This document shows, piece by piece, positions 9,679 through 19,095 of a stretch of 46,787 nucleotides of DNA. The position numbers and the translations under genes were made by a program. The notes beneath the pieces were generated by a model, which did no database searches, was not told where the DNA came from, and worked only from the letters and a program-made list of their open reading frames with translations. Positions within the stretch are counted from its first letter, which is position 1. Every line of letters begins with the position of its first letter. Source of the DNA: Anaerovorax sp. (GTDB lineage: Bacteria > Bacillota > Clostridia > Peptostreptococcales > Anaerovoracaceae); the NCBI GenBank assembly GCA_036653195.1, contig JAVVUJ010000002.1, positions 1 through 46,787 on the forward strand. Reading direction: 5' to 3'.

Positions 9679-11031
9679 ATGGATGCAACCCCTGACCCCA
9701 GTTCGGGCTTTACCATGGAAATCCTATTTTTAATCGTACTGATTTCAGTCAATGCCTTTTTTGCGGCATCTGAAATGTCTTTTGTTTCACTAAACAAAAA
9801 TAAAGTGAAAACTTTAGCACAAGAAGGAAATAAAAGAGCACTTCTTCTTGTGGATTTATTAGAAAAACCAAATAAATTCTTATCTACCATTCAAGTAGCC
9901 ATTACACTAGCCGGTTTTTTAGCAAGTGCGTCAGCAGCCACAACCATGGCCGACGATGTGAGTGTTTATCTAGAACAGCTAGGGGTGCCGTATAGCTATC
10001 AGCTATCGGTTGGCGCACTCACATTGATTTTAGCTTATATGACTTTAGTATTTGGTGAATTGTATCCCAAGAGGATTGCGTTACAGCACTCCGAAAAAAT
10101 AGCGTTGGGATCTGTACGAATCATCGTTGTCGTTTCTAAGATTACCGCACCTTTTGTATGGTTGTTGTCGTGTTCCGTATCCTTGCTTATGAAGGTGACA
10201 GGACAGAAAGATGATGTCAGCACAGAAGAATATTCAGAAGAAGACATTAAATCTATTTTAGAGGTGGGACAGGAGACAGGATTTATAAAAGAAACAGGTC
10301 GAGAAATGATTGCCAGCATATTTGAATTTGATGATAAACTGGCCTATGAAGTCATGACACCTCGAACTGACGTATTCATGATCAATATCCATGATTCGTT
10401 GTCAGCATATCTTGATGAAATGCTGGAACAAAGATTTTCAAGGATACCGGTATATGAAAAGGATACGGATAACATTATAGGAATCTTATTTATGAAAGAT
10501 TTCATACTGGAAGCCAGAAAAGTGGGCTTTGAAAAAGTAGACATTAGAAGTCTTTTACAAAAACCATTTCTTGTACCGGAGAGTAAAAAAATCGATGATC
10601 TTTTCCGAGAAATGCAGGCTTCGAAAGTCCATATCGCTATTTTAATAGACGAATACGGTGGTGTGGCAGGCATTGTGACCATTGAAGATCTTGTAGAAGA
10701 AGTCATGGGAAATATTGACGATGAATATGATGATTATGAAGCCAAGATTGAAAAAATCGATGACAGTACTTATCTGGTAGACGGTCAATTTTATTTAGAT
10801 GACTTAAACGACGAATTCCATTTAAATTTGGAATCTGACGAACATGAAACCATTGGCGGTTTGATTATTGACTATTTAGGGGAAATTCCAGATGAAGATG
10901 AAACAGAGGAACGCATTGTAGAGATTGGAAATTGTGTGTTTAAAGTAGAATCTGTAAAAGATAGAAGGATTGAAAAAATAAAACTATATTTATCGCCCGA
11001 TTCCGGCGAGACGGATTCAGAAGAAAGTTAA
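9679..11031 (+). CDS. Hemolysin-family / CNNM (DUF21-CBS pair-CorC_HlyC) membrane protein, putative divalent-cation efflux
   Basis: N-terminal DUF21 TM region (AFFAASEMSFVSL), a CBS pair (RIPVYEKDTDNIIGILFMKD, HIAILIDEYGGVAGIVTIEDLVEEV), then a CorC_HlyC domain (GGLIIDYLGEIP). Confidence 0.9.
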   Translation: MDATPDPSSGFTMEILFLIVLISVNAFFAASEMSFVSLNKNKVKTLAQEGNKRALLLVDLLEKPNKFLSTIQVAITLAGFLASASAATTMADDVSVYLEQLGVPYSYQLSVGALTLILAYMTLVFGELYPKRIALQHSEKIALGSVRIIVVVSKITAPFVWLLSCSVSLLMKVTGQKDDVSTEEYSEEDIKSILEVGQETGFIKETGREMIASIFEFDDKLAYEVMTPRTDVFMINIHDSLSAYLDEMLEQRFSRIPVYEKDTDNIIGILFMKDFILEARKVGFEKVDIRSLLQKPFLVPESKKIDDLFREMQASKVHIAILIDEYGGVAGIVTIEDLVEEVMGNIDDEYDDYEAKIEKIDDSTYLVDGQFYLDDLNDEFHLNLESDEHETIGGLIIDYLGEIPDEDETEERIVEIGNCVFKVESVKDRRIEKIKLYLSPDSGETDSEES

Positions 11032-11040
11032 AAAATTCAA

Positions 11041-11088
11041 ATACCGGTTACGAAAATAGAAACTATTTTCGTAACCGGTATTTTTTTA
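11041..11088 (+). terminator. Rho-independent terminator
   Basis: Perfect 19-bp stem ATACCGGTTACGAAAATAG/CTATTTTCGTAACCGGTAT with a 3-nt loop, followed by a T7 tract. Confidence 0.9.
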
Positions 11089-11155
11089 AAATCCACACAT
11101 ATACTGATAAGGACTGATTGGGATGAGATGAATCAGAGGATAAGGAGAATCATTG

Positions 11156-12064
11156 ATGGACAACTTAAACAATATTTTAATAAAACTTCCCGGAGAAATC
11201 GGAAAAAAAATAGAGTCTTTACCGGACAATGTTTTATCTTCCATGGAGGAAATTCGAATCAAAACGGGCAAACCCATTTATATTTTGTCTCGAGGGATTG
11301 AATATAAAATTGAATCTGATTCAGGGAAGGGAATAGAGAAAGAGATGTTACAAACGATTTTTAGCAGTATTTTAAGCTATTCTGTCTATGCCTATCAAGA
11401 AGAACTAGCCAATGGATATGTGACAATAGAAGGGGGGCATCGAGTTGGAATTTGTGGACGCGCTGTTGTTGAAAATCAAAAAATAAAGACCATTAAAGAT
11501 ATTTCGTCCATTAACATTAGAAGAAGCCGAGAAATCATTGGTGTTTCAGATCCTTGCATGCGATTTGTCTTAAAAAATAAGCAGGAACTCTTTAATACCA
11601 TCATCGTTTCACCGCCAAAATGCGGAAAAACCACCTTGTTGCGGGATATGATCAGAAACATCAGTCATGTGGGATTGAAAGTGGGACTTTGTGACGAACG
11701 TTCTGAAATTTCAGGCACTTATAACGGAAAAGCACATTTTAATTTAGGAAGCCGAACAGATGTGCTGGATGGTTGTCCCAAAGAACAGGGGATGATGATG
11801 TTGATTCGATCCATGTCCCCGGATGTAATTGCCACCGATGAAATCGGGAAAAAAGAAGATGTGCAGGGATTAGAGGCTGCTTTATGTGCGGGCATTCATA
11901 TTTTGACCACCATTCATGGCACGCATTATGAGGATTTGCTGAATTCCGGCATTGGCTCTTTGGTTGGAGAAAACATGTTTCAGCGAATTATTTACTTATC
12001 CAATCGTCCCGCTACAGGATCCATTTTAAGCATTCGGGATGGGAAAAATAATCAAATTTTTTAA
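11156..12064 (+). CDS. spoIIIAA: Stage III sporulation protein AA (ATPase)
   Basis: AAGGAG lies 8 nt before ATG 11156. Contains EEIRIKTGKPI, GGHRVGICG and Walker A SPPKCGKTTLLRD. First gene of the spoIIIA series. Confidence 0.93.
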   Translation: MDNLNNILIKLPGEIGKKIESLPDNVLSSMEEIRIKTGKPIYILSRGIEYKIESDSGKGIEKEMLQTIFSSILSYSVYAYQEELANGYVTIEGGHRVGICGRAVVENQKIKTIKDISSINIRRSREIIGVSDPCMRFVLKNKQELFNTIIVSPPKCGKTTLLRDMIRNISHVGLKVGLCDERSEISGTYNGKAHFNLGSRTDVLDGCPKEQGMMMLIRSMSPDVIATDEIGKKEDVQGLEAALCAGIHILTTIHGTHYEDLLNSGIGSLVGENMFQRIIYLSNRPATGSILSIRDGKNNQIF

Positions 12065-12101
12065 TCCATAAGATGAATGAAAAGGGAAGAGGAGGGTGTG
12101 T

Positions 12102-12626
12102 ATGTTTGTCATAAAAGTTGGATTAAGTGTGATCATCATCAGTTTGGGTATTTTTATGGGCAGATTGATGGCAAAGCCATATGACAACAGAGTGGAGCAT
12201 TTGCAGTCTATACTGACAGCATTGATGAGCCTAGAGGCGGAAATGAAGTATCGATTGGATCCTTTGGCTGAAATTTTCAGTCGTGTAGGTTCCTTGACCA
12301 ACGGATATACAAAAAACCTATTTTTAAAGACTTCTCTTGCACTGAAGGAATGGACATTTCAAGACTTTTCGGCAGTATGGGCCAATCAGGTAGAGGAAAC
12401 GTATCAGACCAGTGCGCTGACCAAAAAGGACATACAAATCATCTTGGATATTGGTTTAGATTTGGGAAAAACCAATATGTTAGGACATGAAACCATGTTT
12501 GCAAGAACGTACAATATGCTGGAACAGCAGATCCAGGAGGCAAAAAAAGAAAAAGATACAAAGGGAAAACTTTGTAAAACCATAGGTTCTGTTTCGGGTA
12601 TTTTAATTGTAATCTTGGTGATTTGA
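12102..12626 (+). CDS. spoIIIAB: Stage III sporulation protein AB
   Basis: About 174 aa with GGAGG 7 nt upstream. N-terminal TM segment, helical body and C-terminal TM segment. Sits directly after spoIIIAA. Confidence 0.85.
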   Translation: MFVIKVGLSVIIISLGIFMGRLMAKPYDNRVEHLQSILTALMSLEAEMKYRLDPLAEIFSRVGSLTNGYTKNLFLKTSLALKEWTFQDFSAVWANQVEETYQTSALTKKDIQIILDIGLDLGKTNMLGHETMFARTYNMLEQQIQEAKKEKDTKGKLCKTIGSVSGILIVILVI

Positions 12627-12729
12627 AAAAATTAACGCAAAAGTACCTTTCTTATCTTAATTTCACATGATATACTTTATAGGAGTGTTCCAATCACTTC
12701 AGTATGAAATAACCATAGGAGGTTTCAAA

Positions 12730-14235
12730 ATGAACATTTTATTTATCCAAAAGAGGAAATTCATGATTATTGGGATTCTGATTATTTTGCTCGTTGGTAT
12801 GACACCCATTTCCAGCTTTGCTGCACCCACACCTACGGCAGCACAAGTTACAATCCCATCATTTCCTATTACATTAAATGGACAACTGATTCGTAATGAA
12901 TATCGGCAGTATCCTTTAATTCTTTACAAAGATATTACTTATTTTCCCATGACTTATGATGACAGCCGATTTTTAGGTCTTGCCAGTGAGTTTGAGGCAA
13001 AGACTGGCCTGTCTGTGAATCCTTTTAACGAGCCATGGTCTTATGCCGCAAATACGACAAAAAACAAGAACCTGACCAGTTATCAAGCAGGCATTGCAAC
13101 TTTTCCCATTCAAGTCAACGGAAAGGCAGTGGATAATAGCAAAGAAACATACCCTTTGTTGATTTTTAGAGATATCACCTATTTTCCTTTGACTTGGCAT
13201 TTTGCAGTGGATGAATTTAATTGGCAATATACATTCACAGCCAAAGATGGATTGGTTGTTACAAAACAAAATGGCGCTACATTGCCTGTTGCGCCCAGCG
13301 TAACAAAAGCTGCTGTTTCTTATGGACAAACCAAAGACGGAAAACTGCTTACCACCGTTCGTATCCCTAAGATTGCAGGGTCGGATCAAGCACCCATTGC
13401 TGCCATATCAGGCAGTCAAGTCTATTATCAAGGGAATGATAACACCATCTATCAGGCACCGGTGGCAAATCCATCCATGGCAAAAGAAGTGTATCGATTG
13501 CCCCAAAACAGCTATGCAATGGATGGGAATACGTTTGTTTCGGCAAATTTGAAGGAAGAAAATGGAATGGCTGTTTTAAGTTATAGAGATGGGAGTATAG
13601 GCATCGGTTCGGATCATCAAGTTTGGTTAAAGGAAAATGGAATGGCAGAAAAAATATCTGTTGACAGCGAAGGATATACGGAACTTTTTGGGGATACAAA
13701 AGTGAGTGTATCTAAATTTGCACCACCCCAAACAGGGAATCTGTCCATTTTATACAAAGGGGAGACCACGAAAAAACCCATAGGAGATCCCAAATTCTAT
13801 TACGGTTGGAACACAAAAGATTGTCTTCAACTTATTGGCGACAATGTATATGTGTTAGCGAATACTTCTTACGGCCGCACTTGGTATTTATACAAAGTCA
13901 ACATAAAGACCAGCGAGACAAGGAGAGTTTCCAACCTACCTATGGACTACTTTAAAATTGACGGAAATTATATTTATTTTACAAATAATCAAAATCAGCT
14001 TCAAAGAATGAATATCAATGGGCAAGGAACGCAAATGCTTCATATTACAGGAGGAATCATTGCTTCTATGGATGCACAGCAAGGGTATGTGATCTATACT
14101 TTAAACGATGGGCTGGGAAATTATTTGAAGACCACCGTTCTCAATGCAAAAGGACAAATTGCGTTGGATACTTCAACCAAAATTTTATCCGTATTGGTGG
14201 ATAAAAGTGGAAATATACAGTGCACAGCCAACTGA
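12730..14235 (+). CDS. Secreted protein: signal peptide, two ~56-aa tandem modules, then a DUF5050-like beta-propeller region
   Basis: AGGAGG precedes ATG 12730. Signal peptide ends SSFA/AP. The internal duplication FPITLNGQLIRNEYRQYPLILYKDITYFPMTY / FPIQVNGKAVDNSKETYPLLIFRDITYFPLTW is visible. The C-terminus has DGNYIYFTNNQNQLQRMNINGQG-type repeats. Confidence 0.7.
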   Translation: MNILFIQKRKFMIIGILIILLVGMTPISSFAAPTPTAAQVTIPSFPITLNGQLIRNEYRQYPLILYKDITYFPMTYDDSRFLGLASEFEAKTGLSVNPFNEPWSYAANTTKNKNLTSYQAGIATFPIQVNGKAVDNSKETYPLLIFRDITYFPLTWHFAVDEFNWQYTFTAKDGLVVTKQNGATLPVAPSVTKAAVSYGQTKDGKLLTTVRIPKIAGSDQAPIAAISGSQVYYQGNDNTIYQAPVANPSMAKEVYRLPQNSYAMDGNTFVSANLKEENGMAVLSYRDGSIGIGSDHQVWLKENGMAEKISVDSEGYTELFGDTKVSVSKFAPPQTGNLSILYKGETTKKPIGDPKFYYGWNTKDCLQLIGDNVYVLANTSYGRTWYLYKVNIKTSETRRVSNLPMDYFKIDGNYIYFTNNQNQLQRMNINGQGTQMLHITGGIIASMDAQQGYVIYTLNDGLGNYLKTTVLNAKGQIALDTSTKILSVLVDKSGNIQCTAN

Positions 14236-14292
14236 TGCCTGTAAATGAAATGGTATAAACGCGGTATCGGAACGCGGTATCGGAAAAATGGG

Positions 14293-14343
14293 ACCTCTCA
14301 TATAGACACTGAAAAGTCAAAGTGTCTTCATGAGAGGTTTTTT
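14293..14343 (+). terminator. Rho-independent terminator
   Basis: ACCTCTCA...TGAGAGGT outer stem with an inner stem GACACT/AGTGTC, followed by a T5 tract. Confidence 0.85.
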
Positions 14344-14509
14344 ATGTTTTTTATGGGCAAATATGATAAACTAAAAAGAAGAAATTTGTTAATAAAATAG
14401 TAAGAAACGCATACACTGTTTCTTAATATTTAGGTGATATCCTTTTACTATGAGTTACATTAAGTAAGACGTAGGAAAGGAGGTATCCCAATGGGAAGGA
14501 ATGAGCAGG

Positions 14510-15196
14510 ATGAACATATTAGTTTGTGATGATGATAAAGAAATTGTGGGTGCTATAGAAGTCTACTTGAAAAACGAGGGGTATAGGGTTTTTAAAGCAT
14601 ATGACGGAATAGAAGCCATGGAGGTTGTCAATGAGGAGCCCATCCATTTGATTTTAATGGACATTATGATGCCTAGAATGGACGGTATGTCTGCTACTAT
14701 GAAGATTCGTGAGGAAAAGAACATTCCTATTATTCTTCTTTCGGCCAAATCAGAAGACTATGATAAAATAACAGGTCTGAATGTAGGAGCGGATGATTAC
14801 ATGACAAAACCATTTAACCCTTTAGAATTGATTGCACGTGTAAAGTCCAACTTAAGACGCTATGTACAATTGGGGAGTATGGAAAAAAAGACGGGGATTT
14901 TTAAAACAGGGGGACTAGAGGTGGATCACGAAGCAAAAACCGTGACCTTAGACGGTGAGCAAGTTGTGGTAACACCTATTGAGTACGGAATTATTAAGTT
15001 ATTAACAGAAAATGCAGGCAAGGTTTTTTCCATGGATCAAATTTATGAAGCCGTGTGGAAGGAAGTTTCATACAATCCGGAAAATACGGTAGCCGTGCAT
15101 GTGAGGAGGATTCGGGAAAAGATTGAAATCAATCCCAAGAATCCAAGATATTTGAAAGTGGTGTGGGGAATTGGATACAAAATCGAAAAAATTTAA
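14510..15196 (+). CDS. OmpR-family response regulator
   Basis: MNILVCDDD start, phospho-acceptor context LILMDIMMPRMDG, and a winged-helix C-terminus (YLKVVWGIGYKI). The start could instead be ATG 14501. Confidence 0.92.
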   Translation: MNILVCDDDKEIVGAIEVYLKNEGYRVFKAYDGIEAMEVVNEEPIHLILMDIMMPRMDGMSATMKIREEKNIPIILLSAKSEDYDKITGLNVGADDYMTKPFNPLELIARVKSNLRRYVQLGSMEKKTGIFKTGGLEVDHEAKTVTLDGEQVVVTPIEYGIIKLLTENAGKVFSMDQIYEAVWKEVSYNPENTVAVHVRRIREKIEINPKNPRYLKVVWGIGYKIEKI

Positions 15197-15203
15197 CGAT
15201 CAT

Positions 15204-17480
15204 ATGGCAGTACGAATGGGTGCTTTTATCCTTTGTGTCATATTTTTTACGGTGGCCATGATGGTGGCAAGTATGGCTTTGTCCTTGTATAGGCCGGGCA
15301 TTGCTACAGCAGTGTTTGAAGAAAAAAGCTATCAAGAAAGCGGAGAGTTCTATTCGCATATGTATGACAAAACAGCCGAAGGATTATCTCTGCTTCAAGA
15401 GTCTCAAAAAATAGAGTCTATGAAAAATGGCAGCGTGGATCAGGATACAGTAAAGCAATCTATGTGGAATCTTTATTATGAAGGTGTCGTAGATATAGGG
15501 GGTCAGACCATCTATGCAAATCCCAAGTGGTTTGAAAACGGTGGGGATGCTGAAGCGGGAACTTATGAAGGTATGACCTATGAGGGCAGTGAGGATCCGC
15601 GGCTCATTCAAAAATTCCAAGAAATCAACAAAGCGGAACTGAATCAAATTTCAAATTTATTAATTGGGGTAAAATCAAATGAAATGAAAACAGAACTGAA
15701 TCATTTTGGCAATACCAAAGGATTTTCCTATTATATATCTGATGGTAAAAATATACTGACCAATGTGCCTTCAGGTACGGCTATTTCGACAAATTTTACA
15801 AAAGAACCGGCCTATTTGGTCTACGAGAAGGGAAAGCTGGAAAGATCACCTAGCAATCAACAAAATCCTCTCTTTGAATCCTTGCTGTCGCAAAATTACA
15901 ATGAAAATTTAGTCCTGTATTTTTCCTTTGATGGTGCTTATATGGGAAAAAGTTCCGCATCTTATGAACAGGCAAAGGACACATTTAAGGTCTATTTTCC
16001 AATTTTAATGGTCAGTGCATTTCTCACTTTGCTTTTATTCTTCTATTTAGCCATCACGACAGGAAGGAAAGACGAGTTGGGAAATTGGAAATTATATAAA
16101 GTAGATCAATTGTACACGGAAGTTCCGTTGTGCGCCGTGATTGTCTGTGGGGTGATAGGCATAGCACCTGTTGTTAATATAAACCAAATTATTAATAATG
16201 ACTATTATAATGGATATGTAGATGCCGGTTCTTATGGATTCCATATGGTGGATACAGGCGCTACATCCTGGTTGTCATTCATAGAAAATACCATTGGTTA
16301 CACCAACGTTGTGCTCCATAGCCTGCTAATCGTGGCCGTTGCCTCAGTGGGTTTATGGTTTATCTTATCCTGGATACGACTACTGAAATCACACACTTGG
16401 CTACAACAGAGTATTTTGTACAGGATTTTTCATTTGGTTATAGGTGGGTTAAAGACGGGATTTCAATCCATCTACAGAGGCGGAAGTGTCATGAAAAAAG
16501 TGGTATTGATTACCCTATGCATCTGCTTGCTTTCTGCAACCATATTCCTTGCGCCGGTGGTGTTCATCTTGGTGCTTCTATTTGCACAAAAATGGATTAC
16601 CAAATATGAAGCCATAAAAAAAGGAGTGACGGAAGTAAAAAACGGAAACCTTTCTTATAAAATTCCTATAAATGGGGAGGGTGAATTCGATGAATTGGCG
16701 AAAGATATTAATGCCATTTCGGAAGCTTCCAGCATTGCCATTCAAAATGAACTAAAAAATCAGCGGTTAAAGACAGATTTGATCTCCAACGTATCTCATG
16801 ATTTAAAAACACCGCTAACCTCCATTATCACGTATATTGATTTACTAAAAACGGAGGGATTGGATTATGAGGAAGCACCAAAATATTTAGAAATTTTGGA
16901 ACAAAAGGCGGACCGTCTGAAGAGTTTAACCGAAGATTTGTTTGAGGCTGCAAAGGCATCCAGCGGTGCGATTCCTGTGAAACTTGAGAGGGTGGACTTG
17001 ATTTCTCTAATCAATCAAGGGCTGGGGGAACTGTCCCATGGTATTTCAGACGCAGGATTGACCTTTAAAATCAATAGTAGACAAGAAAAATATTATGTAA
17101 ATGCAGACGGACAGCTTCTATGGAGGGTCGTTGAGAATCTGATTGGAAATGTAATCAAATATGCCCAGGAAAATTCTAGGGTTTACATTGATATTACAGA
17201 CCAAGGGCATAAAAAGGGAAGCGCAACCGTGCTGGTTGAAATAAAAAACATCTCAAAACATGAACTGAATATAGCGCCTGACGAATTGATGGAGCGATTT
17301 AAGAGGGGAGACGACGCCAGAACAAGTGAAGGCAGTGGATTAGGACTTGCCATTGCAAAAGATCTTGTAAAATTACAGGGTGGTTGGTTTGAAATCAAAA
17401 TAGATGGAGATTTGTTTAAGGCCAGTATCTTATTAAACGCTTATGAGGGAGAAGAACAAGAACCACAAAAGGATCTGTAA
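15204..17480 (+). CDS. Sensor histidine kinase with large extracytoplasmic domain and multi-TM region
   Basis: H-box SHDLKTPLTSI, N-box ENLIGNVIKYA and G-box GSGLGLAIAKD. A roughly 250-aa periplasmic-like segment follows TM1, then 4-5 more TM segments. The start is ambiguous between TTG 15171 and ATG 15204. Confidence 0.9.
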   Translation: MAVRMGAFILCVIFFTVAMMVASMALSLYRPGIATAVFEEKSYQESGEFYSHMYDKTAEGLSLLQESQKIESMKNGSVDQDTVKQSMWNLYYEGVVDIGGQTIYANPKWFENGGDAEAGTYEGMTYEGSEDPRLIQKFQEINKAELNQISNLLIGVKSNEMKTELNHFGNTKGFSYYISDGKNILTNVPSGTAISTNFTKEPAYLVYEKGKLERSPSNQQNPLFESLLSQNYNENLVLYFSFDGAYMGKSSASYEQAKDTFKVYFPILMVSAFLTLLLFFYLAITTGRKDELGNWKLYKVDQLYTEVPLCAVIVCGVIGIAPVVNINQIINNDYYNGYVDAGSYGFHMVDTGATSWLSFIENTIGYTNVVLHSLLIVAVASVGLWFILSWIRLLKSHTWLQQSILYRIFHLVIGGLKTGFQSIYRGGSVMKKVVLITLCICLLSATIFLAPVVFILVLLFAQKWITKYEAIKKGVTEVKNGNLSYKIPINGEGEFDELAKDINAISEASSIAIQNELKNQRLKTDLISNVSHDLKTPLTSIITYIDLLKTEGLDYEEAPKYLEILEQKADRLKSLTEDLFEAAKASSGAIPVKLERVDLISLINQGLGELSHGISDAGLTFKINSRQEKYYVNADGQLLWRVVENLIGNVIKYAQENSRVYIDITDQGHKKGSATVLVEIKNISKHELNIAPDELMERFKRGDDARTSEGSGLGLAIAKDLVKLQGGWFEIKIDGDLFKASILLNAYEGEEQEPQKDL

Positions 17481-17504
17481 AATTATTTTATTCTGTCATT
17501 TATG

Positions 17505-17533
17505 TTGAACAAAAGATGAAAATTTGGTATAAT
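17505..17533 (+). promoter_or_regulatory. Candidate strong sigma-A promoter (extended -10)
   Basis: TTGAAC (17505-17510), a 17-nt spacer ending in TGg, then TATAAT (17528-17533). Confidence 0.55.
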
Positions 17534-17546
17534 TTACAAAACAATA

Positions 17547-17584
17547 AAGATTGCAAATTTTATAATTTGCAATCTTGTTTTTTT
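17547..17584 (+). terminator. Rho-independent terminator (or leader attenuator of nhaC)
   Basis: Perfect 13-bp stem AAGATTGCAAATT/AATTTGCAATCTT with a 4-nt loop, followed by GTTTTTTT. Confidence 0.85.
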
Positions 17585-17624
17585 AGTTGAACAATCGCAA
17601 TTCAAGAGAAGGAGAAGAAGGCAA

Positions 17625-18923
17625 ATGAAAAAAGAAAAAGTCCTACAACAAGGCAAGGATAAGGGAAATGGTTGGGCACTGTTACCAATCGCGGTGTTTT
17701 TAGTATTATTTATAGGATCGGGTATTATCACAGGAGATTTTTATGCCATGCCAGCGCTCATCGGGTTTGTCATCGCACTTTGTGTGGCATTTGCACAAAA
17801 TAAGAAGATGAATTTTAACCAGAAAGTCACTTGTGTGGCAAAAGGAATCGGCAACGACAACATCATTACCATGTGTATGATTTTTATTTTGGCCGGTGCT
17901 TTCTCAGGAATTGTAAAGGCTTCCGGCGGTGCGGAAAGTACGGTAAACTTTGGGTTAGCCATTATGCCTACTAATTTGACCGTGGTGGGGCTGTTTGTCA
18001 TTGGTTGCTTTATTTCTATTTCTATGGGTACTTCCATGGGCACCATTGCCGCATTGGCACCGATTGCCGTAGGGATCAGTGAGCAAACGGGTTTTGGAAT
18101 GCCATTGTGCATCGGTGCTGTTGTTTGCGGTGCCATGTTCGGTGACAACTTGTCCATGATTTCAGATACCACCATCGCCGCAGTACGGACACAGGGATGT
18201 GAAATGAAGGATAAATTTAAGCAGAACTTTTTTATTGTATTACCTGCGGCCATCATTACCATCCTTATTTTCTTTTTTATAACAAGAGGGGTAGACGTTG
18301 AATTGAACAAGGCATTGTCATACAATGTATGGCAGATTATGCCTTATCTCATTGTGCTCGTGGGTGCGCTCATTGGGTTTAATGTATTTTTGGTTTTAAT
18401 TGCGGGTATTGCTGCATCCGCAGTAGTAGGTGTGGCTACGGGTATGTTTGGAATTTTTGATATCTTTACCTCTATGGGTGAAGGTGCTACAGGTATGTAT
18501 GACATTACGGTGATTTCCATTACTGTTGCAGGCATCACAGCACTCATTAAAGAGAACGGTGGAATTCAGTGTATTCTTCATTTGATTAAAACACGAATCG
18601 GAAGCAAACGAGGTGCTGAATTTGGCATCTTCGCTTTGGGATCTCTTGTGGACGTTTCTACAGCCAATAATACAGTGGCCATCGTTATGGCCGGACCTAT
18701 TGCAAAGGAAATCAGTGACGAATTTGGGGTTTCGCCAAAGCGTTCTGCATCTCTTTTGGATATTTCAACTTCTGTTTTCCAGGGCCTGATTCCTTATGGT
18801 GCGCAGCTTCTCAGTGCAGCCTCTTTGACTTTGCTCACACCATTTGATATTATCCCATATTTATACTATCCTATTTTAATGGGTGTCAGCGCATTGATAT
18901 TTGTAGCATTTAGAAAGCAATAA
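17625..18923 (+). CDS. NhaC-family Na+/H+ antiporter
   Basis: 432-aa polytopic membrane protein. GGAGAAGAAGG lies upstream. The sequence pattern (GDNLSMISDTTIAA, VDVSTANNTVAIVMAGP) is typical of the NhaC family. Confidence 0.82.
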   Translation: MKKEKVLQQGKDKGNGWALLPIAVFLVLFIGSGIITGDFYAMPALIGFVIALCVAFAQNKKMNFNQKVTCVAKGIGNDNIITMCMIFILAGAFSGIVKASGGAESTVNFGLAIMPTNLTVVGLFVIGCFISISMGTSMGTIAALAPIAVGISEQTGFGMPLCIGAVVCGAMFGDNLSMISDTTIAAVRTQGCEMKDKFKQNFFIVLPAAIITILIFFFITRGVDVELNKALSYNVWQIMPYLIVLVGALIGFNVFLVLIAGIAASAVVGVATGMFGIFDIFTSMGEGATGMYDITVISITVAGITALIKENGGIQCILHLIKTRIGSKRGAEFGIFALGSLVDVSTANNTVAIVMAGPIAKEISDEFGVSPKRSASLLDISTSVFQGLIPYGAQLLSAASLTLLTPFDIIPYLYYPILMGVSALIFVAFRKQ

Positions 18924-19030
18924 TATTCAATGACCCAATGGTATCTCAGGGGAAAGATGTAAATGATGAAACCCTTGGCGTCTATTTACACCTATTTATG
19001 AAAGATGGACAAATCATAACAGAAATAAAA

Positions 19031-19066
19031 GGCAAGCATTTTTTAAAGAAAGTGCTTGTCTTTTTT
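19031..19066 (+). terminator. Rho-independent terminator
   Basis: Stem GGCAAGCA/TGCTTGTC (one G-U pair), followed by a T6 tract. Confidence 0.7.
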
Positions 19067-19095
19067 GTCATAAAATCTTGTCCCAAGAATATGAT
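19067..19095 (+). promoter_or_regulatory. Weak candidate mother-cell (SigE-like) promoter for spoIIIAC-AH
   Basis: GTCATAAA, 13 nt, then AATATGAT, about 45 nt before spoIIIAC. It only loosely resembles the ATA / CATA-type SigE boxes, because the -10 lacks the C. Confidence 0.2.

Noticed and set aside
11070-11105. A SigE-type promoter for spoIIIAA (-10-like CATATACT at 11098-11105).
   Set aside because: The -10 is plausible, but the matching -35 region (GGTATTT inside the upstream terminator) lacks the ATA core. It is not strong enough to list as a feature without a PWM or transcription-start data.
14258-14283. Tandem 13-mer AACGCGGTATCGG x2 just after the DUF5050-like gene.
   Set aside because: There are only two copies with no obvious partner site. 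It is most simply a slippage duplication next to the terminator.
17741-18325. 194-aa minus-strand ORF inside nhaC, plus the nearby antisense ORFs 18344-18547 and 18396-18581.
   Set aside because: These are antisense shadows of a membrane-protein gene, with no translation signals. The + strand product has a coherent NhaC-like sequence.
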